Shown here: one piece after another, positions 39,836 through 50,734 of the stretch | Layout of the letters: each line of letters begins with the position of its first letter | Position numbering within the stretch: the first letter of the stretch is position 1 | NCBI GenBank assembly: GCA_951406725.2 | Contig: OX597831.1 | Coordinates: 28,954,001-29,018,000, forward strand | Direction of reading: 5' to 3' | From: Octopus vulgaris | Taxonomy: Eukaryota | DNA length: 64,000 nt | Made by a program: the position numbers and the translations under genes | Notes under the pieces: model-generated | What the model saw: only the letters and a program-made list of their open reading frames with translations | Database searches by the model: none | Told to the model about the DNA's origin: nothing

Positions 39836-41394
39836 CCCTACCCCTAAACACTATAATTACCTCAAGTGTGCAGGTAACCCTATGATCATCACAAAAGGTA
39901 GCAACATGAGGTTTCACCCTACAAGACAATGGCTGACTGGAATGGAAACCCCAGATGGTTCTGCTAGGCAAGTGACCCATGACATTTGCAATACATTTCT
40001 AATCTACCTTACTGAGTTAGGATCAGATTAAAAATGAATTTAGAATTATCATTTAAATAAATTACTGTCCTCTTGCCCTACATGTAATCCAGGTTGCTCT
40101 AATGTCAGGCTATTTGGGGACTTAGTAACTATGACAACCGGTGATATCTTGTGGAATAAAGACAGCATGCTTTTCAAACGAAGCTGTAGGTTTGGCCTAA
40201 AATGTGCAATCCGACGATCTTAAAAGGTAATAGGGATTAAGGTAACTTAAGTGATCCCTGTTTTGAAGAAATCAGAGACTTTATTGGTTGTAGTGGGTGG
40301 AGGGATTTCAGATTTACTAATGAATTAAGTAGCAGTCAAGTACTGCGGGATTGTTACCTGCATCGCCTTACTAGCACTTGTGCTGGTGACACATGAAAAA
40401 ACATTCAAGCGAGGTCGTTGCCAGTGCCACTGCACTGGCTCCTGTGTGGGTGGCACGTAAAAAACACTATTTCAGCATGGCCATTGCCAGTGCCACCTGG
40501 CTGGCCTTCGTGCCGGTGGCACGTAAAAGCACCCACTACACTCTCAGAGTGGTTGGTGTTAGGAAGGGCATCCAGCTGTAGAAACTCTGCCAGATCAGAT
40601 TGGAGCCTGGTGCAGCCATCTGGTTCGCCAGTCCTCAGTTAAATCATCCAACCCATTCAATCATGGGAAGCGGACATTAAATGATGATGATGATGACGAC
40701 TATCATCATCATCATCATTTTTCTATGTCTCCCTCAACCCGGGTAGGTTTAGACAATTTAAACCTCTACTTGTCATACACAGACATACACTAACTTCTCT
40801 GGAAGACTCCTGTATGAGTGTCAATGTGAATGTGTATGTGTGTGCGTTGGAGGGGAGGGTCGATAAATTGAGAACCAGTGAAACACCAGGGGTTGATGTA
40901 ATTGAGTAGGCCCCTCATCTCATGCTTCAGGTTTTGTGCCTTTAGCAGAAAGGATCATTATTATTAAAAGGTGGCGAGCTGGCAGAACTGTTAGCACACC
41001 ATGCGAAATGCTTAGCAGCATTTCGTCTGCCTTGACGTTCTGAGTTCAAATTCCGCCGAGGTCAAATTTGCCGTTTATCCTTTTGGGGGGGTGGGGGTCA
41101 ATGAAATAAGTACCAGTTAATGTGAAAACATGCATGCATGCGTGTGCACACGCGCGTGTGTGTGTGTGTCTGAGTGCATTTGTGTGTCTGAGTGCATGTC
41201 TGTTTCTGCTTGTGTGCAGGAGAGGCTGGTGAGGAAACAGCTTGAAAAAATGGAGACACAACCACCAGGTTGATGGTCACTGAAACATTTGGACAGCGTG
41301 AGGATGACCACATAGAAGAACAGGTACACATGAACACACATACACAACACTCTTCACCCCCCGCATTAAAAATGGAATCTGCTGTTTGTCTAAC

Positions 41395-41581
41395 CTGTTC
41401 AACTTCTGGTGGAACTCAAAGGCTGTCTTCAACTCCTCCTCTTCACTCAGTTCTTCGCCGCCACGCGGTTTGTTGTGGACTTCGTCTTTCTTCTCAATAT
41501 TGTCACCAAGCCAGATGCTTTTGATGAATAATATCTCGGACCGGCGCCGGTCAAGTTCTTCCACCATTGTGTCGTATTGGT
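41395..41581 (-). CDS. MYO5: Myosin V-like exon H (NQYDTMVEELDRRRSEILFIKS...LSEEEELKTAFEFHQKLNR)
   Basis: Acceptor ttctctccag, donor AACAG|gttaga, 187 nt, phase 1-2. Resembles EELDVRKEEVLILRS and LNEDGELWLVYEGLKQANR of myosin V. Confidence 0.9.
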
Positions 41582-41719
41582 CTGGAGAGAAGAATTATTT
41601 ATATTAAAGATGATGTTACGGTTAGTGGGGTGGGTGTATAGGGTTAAGGAAAGGGGAGAGTTATATAAGTCATTCAGTAAATGGATGGGCAGGGTGGAAA
41701 AAGAAAGGGGAAGGAAAGA

Positions 41720-42170
41720 AGGATATACAGATAGATAGACATATATAGATAGAAAGATAGATAGACAAACAGAAAGACAGATAGATAAATAGACAGATAG
41801 CTAGATAGACAAGTGGATAGAGAGGTAGATACAAGGCAAATAACAGACAGACAGAAAGACACGGACAGATAGATACATAGAAAAATGACAAAATGACAGA
41901 AATAGAGTTAAAGGAAAAACAAATAGATAAAGATAGATAGATAGATAGATAGATAGACAGATAGACAGACAGAAGATAGATAGATACATACATAGATAGA
42001 TAAATAGACAGATAGATAGAAAGACAAACAGATAAAGATAGATAGATAGACAGATAGATAGATGGATAAACAGACAGATAGATAAATAGAGATAGACAGA
42101 CAGCTAAAGATAGACAGATAGATAAATAGAGAGATAGATAGGTAGATAGATAGAGACATGCATATGTAGT

Positions 42171-42233
<63 letters not shown>

Positions 42234-42595
42234 AGAATAAATAGATAGATATATAAATAGATAGATAAATAGATAGATAAATAGGCAGATAGATAAACAG
42301 AGAGATAGATAGACAGACAGATAGATACATACATACATACATACAAAGATAGATAGATAGATACATACATACATACAAACATACATACATACATACATAC
42401 ATAGAAAGATAGATAGATAGAGAGATAGATAGATAGATACATATATACATACAAACATACATACATACATACATACATACATACATAGAAAGATAGATAG
42501 AGAGAGAGATAGATAGGTGAGTAGACGGGCAAAGAGACAAACAGATACATAGATAGAAAGATGATAGAATGACAGAAATACAGATAGACAGAAAG
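41720..42595. repeat. Compound (GATA/GACA/CATA)n microsatellite, ~0.9 kb
   Basis: Seen directly; explains the spurious YLSI-repeat ORFs. Confidence 0.97.
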
Positions 42596-43112
42596 AGCAA
42601 AAAATAAAAAAAGAGAAAAAGAAAATGAAGAAAATCACAAAGTAAAGACAGGCAAACAGTTTAGATAATGTTGTTGTTGTCGTTGTCAGGAAGTAGAGTT
42701 AAGACAATCACAGGTGTTGATTGATCCTGCTGAGCTGTGACCAAAGGCATTCAAGTCATTTATCATCAAGACGTTTTTACACTTTTTTTGATATCAGTGT
42801 CTGTACCATACTGGAAAAAGGATATGTATTTGTGAAGGGAACCTACTTTTCATCGACAACTGTGATTGTCACACACCGATGATGGGTCAAAACCAAGAAA
42901 CTCGAGTCCGTGTGTATCATAAGTTGAAGATGGGAAGGATGGCTTCCCTTTGCAAATACTGATAGGGCACAGAAAGTGTGTCTATAGCCAGCTGGAGGAG
43001 GTGTCCTCCTGGGGTTACAAACTACAGCAGCATCCACCCTTAGGGGTTAGCCATATTTAAATGGCAAATATACGTCACGTTTTTATATTTGTCACAGTAA
43101 TTTGCTCAATAT

Positions 43113-43365
43113 CATGTAGCCCATATTAGCTATGTGGGAGCTAGAAAGGCACAGGGCTAATGCCTTTGAGTAGCCCTAATTAGCTATATAGAGTGATGTA
43201 GTTACAAGTTTAATCCTGTTGTGTAGCCCTAATTTGCTATGTAGAGCTATAAAGGTACAAGGCTAATCTTATTATGTAGCTTAAAATTGCCATGTAGTGC
43301 TACAGGGGCTGACCATAGCAAAGGGCTAATTTTATTGTGTAGCCCTAATTAGCTGTGTAGGGTGT
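43113..43365. repeat. Diverged ~55-65-bp tandem repeat, 4-5 copies
   Basis: Recurrent tgtagccctaattagctatgtagag...ggctaat. Confidence 0.7.
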
Positions 43366-43882
43366 TGTGGAACTTTGATTTGGATACTGTGAGACATTTT
43401 CAATAATAATAATAATCATAATAATAATAACGATCCTTTCTATCATTTGCACAAGGCCTGAGATTTGGTGGGTTGGGGGCAGTTGATTACACCAGTCCCA
43501 GTACACAACTGCTTATCATATTGACCCCAGAAACATGAAAGGCAAAGTCAACCTCAGCGTGCAAGGACAGACATAATGCTGCTAAGAATTTTATTCGGCA
43601 AGCTTATGATTCTGCCAGCATGATGATGATGTTGCTGATGATGATGATGATTATTTCTAAATTTAGCAGAAGATTGCAATTTTATGGAGAGAGTGCAGAC
43701 AGACAGACAGACATATATTAAAATGGTTCAAGGGAAGAAAGAGAGCAAGAAAGGGAGAGTAAGCAGAGAGTGAAGTGAAAAAAGGTGGGAAAGAGGAGAG
43801 AGAGAGTGAGTAGAAGAGGGAGAAGAAAGAGAAGGAGGGAGGAGAGACAAAGAAGATCCAAGAACTTAGAGGTGATACTGAC

Positions 43883-44003
43883 TTTTAAAGGCTTTGCCAG
43901 CCTCTGTGGTTCCTTCCTCATATTTGGGAGTTTTGGACAACGCATTCATCAAGTTGCCGATTTCTCGTTTCATCCTGTCGTTGTCGTTCTCAAGTTCTTG
44001 CAT
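43883..44003 (-). CDS. MYO5: Myosin V-like exon G (MQELENDNDRMKREIGNLMNALSKTPKYEEGTTEAGKAFK)
   Basis: Acceptor gtccctttcag, donor AAA|gtcagt, 121 nt, phase 0-1. Resembles [22 protein letters not shown] of myosin Va. Confidence 0.9.
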
Positions 44004-45088
44004 CTGAAAGGGACAACATTGGAAAGTCTGGGAGACTGGAAGATAGCTGTAGGGGTGTTGTGCAGTGTGTGTGTGTGTGTGTATATATGGGAGCAGCAGG
44101 GAGCTTGTGGATAGACAATAGCGTGTATAAAATTGTGCATTGAGAGGAAGGAGCAGGTGTGGATAAGAATAACATTAATAAAGACTCGTTTTGTATTGGC
44201 CACAAGAGCAACAGTACAAAAGCATTCAAGTACATACACAAACATAAACCTTCCAAACTCTGTGTGTGTGTATAAAGAGATACCCCCTCGATCATGAATG
44301 ACCATGGGATTGCACTAAGAAAGTTACCCTCCAAGGCACAAGTCTGGGCAAGGTTGTTTATGGAAGACCAGCAGTCACCCATGGATACCAGCCTCCCCTC
44401 TCTACACCACTGATGTTATCCAAGGGAAAGGCAAAGGCCGATACAGCTTGGCACCAGTGATATCACAACACATTTCTAAAGCTGAGAGAATTGGAGCAAC
44501 AAGAAATAAAGTGTCTTGCTCAAGAACACAACATGCAGCCCAGTCCAGGAATAGAACTCATTCCCTCATGATTGTGAGCCCAACAATTCAATCACTGAGC
44601 CATGTACCTTCACACACACACACAAGGCTTTGATCAGCTCAAGGATATAGTAGAAGATATGATACTTGCTCAAGATGCCATGCAGTGGAACTGAAACCAG
44701 AACCAAGTGGTCAGGAAGCAAGTTTTTTACCACACAGCCATGCCTGTGCCTATGCGTGTGTATATATGTGTATGTGTGTGTGTGTGTGTGTGTTATTTTG
44801 TTTGGGACAGTCCCATACCATTCTGTGGGTGCACAGGAGCTTCACACAAGTTATGACTTTTATAACTTGCCAGAAGATCCTATGCAGCCATGGGTGAAAA
44901 TCAGAGTAACAAAAGATTTGACTTGACCAAAATAAAATATATTATTAGTCTCTACTATGGTGTTTAGTACTCTTTTTTACTGACAGTCAGCATTAAAGGG
45001 TTATGTGTGTGTGTGTGTGTATGGGTCAAAACTGCACAAAACTCAAAAGACACAGACAAATGAGGGAGCAACAAACAAGGTGTATTAA

Positions 45089-45886
45089 CCCATTAACTGC
45101 CAAATTTTTTTATTCAGATCTTTTGGCTTTGCCAGGTGTTTTAGGAGTTAAAATAATGTATAGTTTATAAATTTTCTTCATATATGAATTATCTTGGAAA
45201 TTATGATGAATTTTTTGAAAAGTCCCAAATGGGGATTGCTGGAAAAAAAAATGCATATTTATCCTTTTCTATTCAATTACAATATTTCTTTTTTATTTAT
45301 GCGCCCTTTCCAAGCCTAGCCAGGCTCATGGGCCTGGTTTCACTGTTTCTGTGGCGTATGTGTTCCCCCCAGCTGGACGGAACACCAATCCATTGCAGGA
45401 AGAGAAAGTTGGGGCGAGAGAGTACAACAGGAGTTGCCACCACCCCCCTACCGGAGCCTTGTGGAGCTTCAGGTGTTTTCGCTCAATAAGCAGACACAAC
45501 TACCAGTCTGGGAATCGAAACCACGATCCTCTGACCGCGAGTCCGCTGCCCTAACCACTGGGCCACTGCGCCTCCACATTCAATTACAATAATAAACATT
45601 TTAGCTTTTTCGAAACTATAGTATCAAATGTGAATGTGTAAGAAATATCAATGATAGGAAATTTCAAAACAGTCAATATTTTTGTAGTTCAAAAATTGCA
45701 ATTTATGACATAAAATGTCCTCTAGAATTGGCCAGAGCTAATAACGACAAACTTTAACAACTAATTATTGTTAAACACATCTCTGCAAATGCCATGTATA
45801 TAAGCAATTCACTTTAAATACAACAAACAATGGCAGTGAGACTGTTTTTAGCCGATCCCCAAAAGGGGCTCATGGCAGGCAATGAG
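45089..45886. mobile_element. piggyBac-like MITE with a nested SINE
   Basis: TTAA-cccattaactgcca ... tggcaggcaatgag-TTAA. Confidence 0.65.
45285..45577 (-). mobile_element. tRNA-derived SINE (family E) with 14-bp TSD
   Basis: Head gtggaggcgcagtggcccagtggttaggg...gtttcgattccc; TSD attcaattacaata at 45271-45284 and 45578-45591. Confidence 0.88.
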
Positions 45887-45991
45887 TTAATTTGATGATC
45901 AGAGAAAATGGGAAAGTCTCTGATATTTCAAGCCTATCGTCTTCTGCTGTATATTTAATACAAGTGCCCAATACAAAAATGCAAAGTTTAT

Positions 45992-46038
<47 letters not shown>

Positions 46039-46252
46039 GGTTTGAAGATGATGTACAGGTATTATATATTAGAAGAAATGAGGTACTCAGAAATCTGGAT
46101 GGTTTTATATTTACAGATATTTATTAGTATGTTCCATGTTTTTATAAAACATATATCATATATTAGCGCTTTCATCCACTCTAGTGGAGTTTTCAAATTG
46201 AACTTTTGTAGGAATTTTGACTCTTTTTATAGTATTATTGAGTGTGTAGAGG

Positions 46253-46305
<53 letters not shown>

Positions 46306-46308
46306 GGG

Positions 46309-46911
46309 TAAAGATCCCCTTCGGTCATGAATGACCATGGGATTGCACCTAGAAAGTTACCCTCCTAGACACAAGTCTGGGCAAGGTTGTTTTTATGGAA
46401 GGCCAGCAGTCGCCCATGCATACCAGCCTCCCCTCTCCACACCACCAGTGTTATACAAGGGAAAGACAAAGGTCGATACAGCTTGGCACCAGTGACGTCG
46501 CAACTCATTTCTACAGCTGAGTGAACTGGAGCAACGTGAAATAAAGTGCCTTGCACGAGAACACAACACGCAGCCCGGTCCGGGATTCGAGCTCACAACC
46601 TCACGATCGTAAGCTCGACGCTCTAACCACTGAGCCATGCGCCTTCACTAGAACATCAGGATCAGTGTAAAGGCACTTTATTTCACGTTGCTCCAGTTCA
46701 CTCAGCTGTAGAAATGAGTTGCGATGTCACAGGTGCCAAGCTGTATCGACCTTTGTCTTTCCCTTGGATAACACTGGTGGCGTGGAGAGGGGAGGCTGGT
46801 ATGCATGGGCGACTGCTAGCCTTCCATAAACAACCTTGCCCGGACTTGTGTCTAGGAGGGTAACTTTCTAGGTGCAATCCCATGGTCATTCATGACCGAA
46901 AGGGGTCTTTA
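46309..46911. repeat. Inverted SINE duplication, ~240-bp arms with ~117-nt loop
   Basis: 46309-46552 is the reverse complement of 46670-46911, sharing private variants. Confidence 0.9.
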
Positions 46912-46956
46912 TATATATAAAACAAAGTAAACCTGCAAGGTACCACATGAGTGAAA

Positions 46957-47565
46957 ATATACAGGTAAGAGGATTTGAAAATGCAGAGGTCTTTTAAAGC
47001 TGTTTGACCGGTTTCACTTTTTAAAAAAAAGATTATCAAAAGTAAAATGTAAAGCTTTGTAGTGTTAAAAATGACTATCTTAGTTGTATTAAAATACAGT
47101 TATAGAGGCTTTGATAATGATAAGAAAATATTAAAAAAATAGAATCATTGACAATGATAAGAAAATGTTAAGAGGGGCTTTTTGTTTAAACAGTTTACAT
47201 GAAAGTGTTCAAAATAGGTAGTAAAATAAATTTATAATTATTTTAAGTTCATCAAAAATCATGGTTGTACAGAAGCATATATACAGAAGGAATCATATTT
47301 AAGTATTTATACAGAATTTTAGGGGAATGACCAACCTTTCCATCCTTCATCTCCTGTCTTGTACAAGGCAGGATTCTATTTAATATTTTCTTATCATTAT
47401 CAAAGACTGTATAACTGTATATTAATACTTTTGTGATAAGCATTTTTTAACACAACAAAGCTTTACATTTTACTTTTGATAATCTTTTTTAAAAAAAAGT
47501 GAAACTGGTCAAGTCAATAAACATCTTTAAAAGACCTCTGCATTTTCAAATCCTCTTTCCTATAT
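46957..47565. repeat. Long inverted repeat (~115-bp arms), MITE-like or Penelope-derived
   Basis: 46957-47073 versus reverse complement at 47441-47565. Confidence 0.8.
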
Positions 47566-47632
47566 ATATATATATTATGGAGATGTACTTGCATAGCAAG
47601 TGACCTGATCTGAGATCATGTACTGGAACAAA

Positions 47633-47894
47633 AACAATTGCAGCGTGGAAGGTGTTTATAAGCCATTTAAGAAGCACAAAAAATTCCGTTAGATTCACTT
47701 CAACATTTAAATTTTAATTTGTCAAAATATTTTCGTCGCTTTGAGATGCAGCACGGAATTTTGTCAGTGAACAGGTCACGGTCTCAAAACAACAAAAATA
47801 TTTTGACAAATTAAATTTAAATGTTGAAGTGAATCTAACGAATTTTGTGTGTTTCTTAAATGGCTTATAAACACCTTCCACGCTGCAATTGTTT
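47633..47894. repeat. Hairpin with ~113-bp arms and ~35-nt loop
   Basis: aacaattgcagcgtggaaggtgtttataagcc...tttgaga versus tctcaaa...ggcttataaacaccttccacgctgcaattgtt. Confidence 0.9.
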
Positions 47895-48078
47895 AAATAT
47901 ATATTGTTTGTGTGAGTGTAAGGTATGAGAGAAACTATATATACAACAGTTGTACATACATATCCCTGTATAAATGTATGCACAATGATGTATATGTTTT
48001 AATACGACCTATCAGTCGCCATGATAGATGGTTAGCCACTACACACATTTTTTTTCTCTCCTTGTTTTTTCTGTGTCC

Positions 48079-48114
48079 CTTTCTGTGGAAGAGCGTAGGC
48101 TCGAAACGTAAAAG
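48079..48114 (+). ncRNA. Variant/degenerate minimal hammerhead motif
   Basis: cttt-CTGTGGA-a-gagc-gtag-gctc-GAAACGTA-aaag; stems intact, core deviates from CUGANGA. Confidence 0.4.
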
Positions 48115-48307
48115 ACTTTTTCTATTCCTGAGCGTTATACTAATATATCTGTTTGTTTTGTACACCACCTGTCTTCGTCTTTTGTTTTTTTCGTAAACTC
48201 TCCCTACATATATGTATGCGCTTACAACCTACCCCAAACCATCCACCCTTGCCACGCATAACAGAATGAATGTTTGTGTGAATGAATGTTTGTCCACTTC
48301 TCCTTAC

Positions 48308-48454
48308 CTTTAGTGTGTTGTACACTGTATTTCCTTTATCTTTGTTCTCCTCATCGAGTCGTTCTCGCTCCGTCACCAGGCGTTTGTTCTCTTTTTCCAA
48401 GTCTTTAATGTGGTTTTGTAACTTCAACAGCAAACTGATGTCTTCCTTCTCAGG
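48308..48454 (-). CDS. MYO5: Myosin V-like exon F (PEKEDISLLLKLQNHIKDLEKENKRL...VYNTLK)
   Basis: Acceptor ctgtattctcag, donor AAG|gtaagg, 147 nt, phase 0-0. Resembles the class V medial-tail motif DMSLFLKLQKRVTELEQEK...YESLK. Confidence 0.92.
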
Positions 48455-49439
48455 CTGAGAATACAGAACAGGAGAAACCTTTTTACTGCAATGAAATGTT
48501 ATAACACACACACACACACACACATCAAATAAAAGTAGATTTTAAAAAATCTGAGCTGTATCATAAGTTAGCACTCCAGTGAATACTGACTAAACAGGGG
48601 TATCCAAAGTGGGTGATACTGACTCCTGGGAGTCGATAAATGCACATCTACTTAATTACTATTATTATTTACTTATTTTCTTGTACATGCCTGGGGATCG
48701 ATGAGGAGTCAAGGATTCCATGAAGGAGTCAATGGTCTAAAGAGTTTGGGAACCCCTGGGCTAACAGAATGCGTATCAGTAGATGATTTAACTTTAGGAA
48801 ATAATCTGTTGTGTCTGGGGAGAGTCATTTTCTTTTTGTGCCTTACAATTTAATACACTCACCTGTAAAATTTCCACTTATTTCTTATTTTTATTTTCCT
48901 AAACTTTTCGTTGTCTTGCAACTTTTTCAATAGTCTTGACTATCGATACAAACTGAAATTCTAGGGCTAATGAATTAGTTGTAGAATATAATACATTGAC
49001 CCTTTATTGTTTAAACTGGCCATATTTGGCCAAAATATTACCTGCTTTATGTTCAAACAAGCTCTGGGGGTCAATGCAATTGATTTACTTCCGCCCAAAA
49101 TTGCTGGCCTTGAGCCAAAATTTGAAATCATTATTATGGCTATCTCAAGCATTCATTTTATGCCGTGTCCCTCCCAATTTGTTGGAGCCCTTGGCTGATA
49201 ATCGAAAGGTATGGAGGACTGTGTGTAATGCTAGCATAGAATACTTTGAATCCAAATGTAGGAGACTGCATTAAGAGAGAGGGAGGGGGAAATATGATCA
49301 ACCCCTTGTGGCAGTTGTTCAGGGTCACTTTCATTGCCCTCAGTCCCACAGAATTTGGTTTTGTCAGCCACATCTGCTTCCATGGAAAACAATGTGTGGG
49401 AGATGCTATCATCACGTTTGATAAGCTGTCATAAGCAAG

Positions 49440-49479
<40 letters not shown>

Positions 49480-50489
49480 GGCTGGCAGAATTGTTTTCAT
49501 GCTGGGCAAAATGTTCATTGGCATTTCATCTGCCTTGACATTCTGAGTTCAAACTTTGCTGAGGGTGACTTTGCCTTTCATCCTTTTGGGGCTAATAAAT
49601 TAAGTACCAGTGAAATACTGAGGTTGATGTAAGCAACTTACCTCCTCCCCACAAATTTCAGCCTACAGTAGAAAGCATTATTATTATTATTATTATTATT
49701 ATTATCATTATTATTATTATCATTATTATTATTATTATTATTGTTATTATTACTGAGTGAGAGAGCAGCATATGACATCTAAATGATACTGGGATACAGA
49801 TATATGAAACCCAACATAACCATCATGACAACATGTCTGATAAGGATTTACTAAGCACATGCATCACAACCATATGTGTACGACATGGTGATCTCATACC
49901 AAGATAAACAATGCATGACCTTGCAGGTGAGGTCCATCTAGAATTTTCTTTAGGTCAAGTAGCCCATCCCAATCAAAATGTCCCTGAATAAGGGTTGTTT
50001 AAGGATGATGAATAAAACACCCATGTTTCCAGAGGTGAATTATTCAAGCCCCAAAGAATTCCTCTCGACATATGGCTATGATGCTCCCACACTACTTCTG
50101 CTCATGATCAGAGATGCACATATCGTCAGCCACTAAGGGACGTGCTCAACTGGTTAAGGGCAAACAACTGACAAGCAAATCTGTGGTATTGAGCAGAATT
50201 TGCTAACCATCTTTTATCCAGACAAAACAATGACATGATAACACTTCCAATCAGTTAAGATCAAGTCGAGGCCACTGTCTGGTACAGCATCAGGACATTT
50301 ATTATTATTATTATTATTATTATTCAGTAGATTTTGCGTGCACTTCACTCGAGCAGCTCTGTGGTTTTGAGCAGAATATTTGTTGTAACCTCGTGGTTTT
50401 ATACCAAGACAAAACAATGTACATGATAACACTTCCAATTAGTTAAGATCAGAAGTCATGAGAGCCACTGTCTGGTACAGCATCAGGAC

Positions 50490-50545
<56 letters not shown>

Positions 50546-50641
50546 CCTCATTTATTACCATAAAGCTGTCAAGTGAGTGGCATAAGAAACCTTGCAAATT
50601 GTATGGGATTTTTTAAATGGAATGAGCGAATTTATACATAC

Positions 50642-50734
50642 TTCATCCAGGGTTGGCTGTCTTTGGACTGGTCGGGTTTTTCGTTCGGCTGGAACAGGTC
50701 GGTCTGAACGTCTACTGGTCCCATAACCTTGGTC
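50642..50734 (-). CDS. MYO5: Myosin V-like exon E (DQGYGTSRRSDRPVPAERKTRPVQRQPTLDE)
   Basis: Acceptor tctccacttcacag, donor GAA|gtatgt, 93 nt, phase 0-0, open frame, CpG-retaining unique sequence. Confidence 0.82.

Noticed and set aside
41670-42638. 322-aa and overlapping long ORFs
   Set aside because: Translation of a (GATA)n/(CATA)n microsatellite; no coding character.
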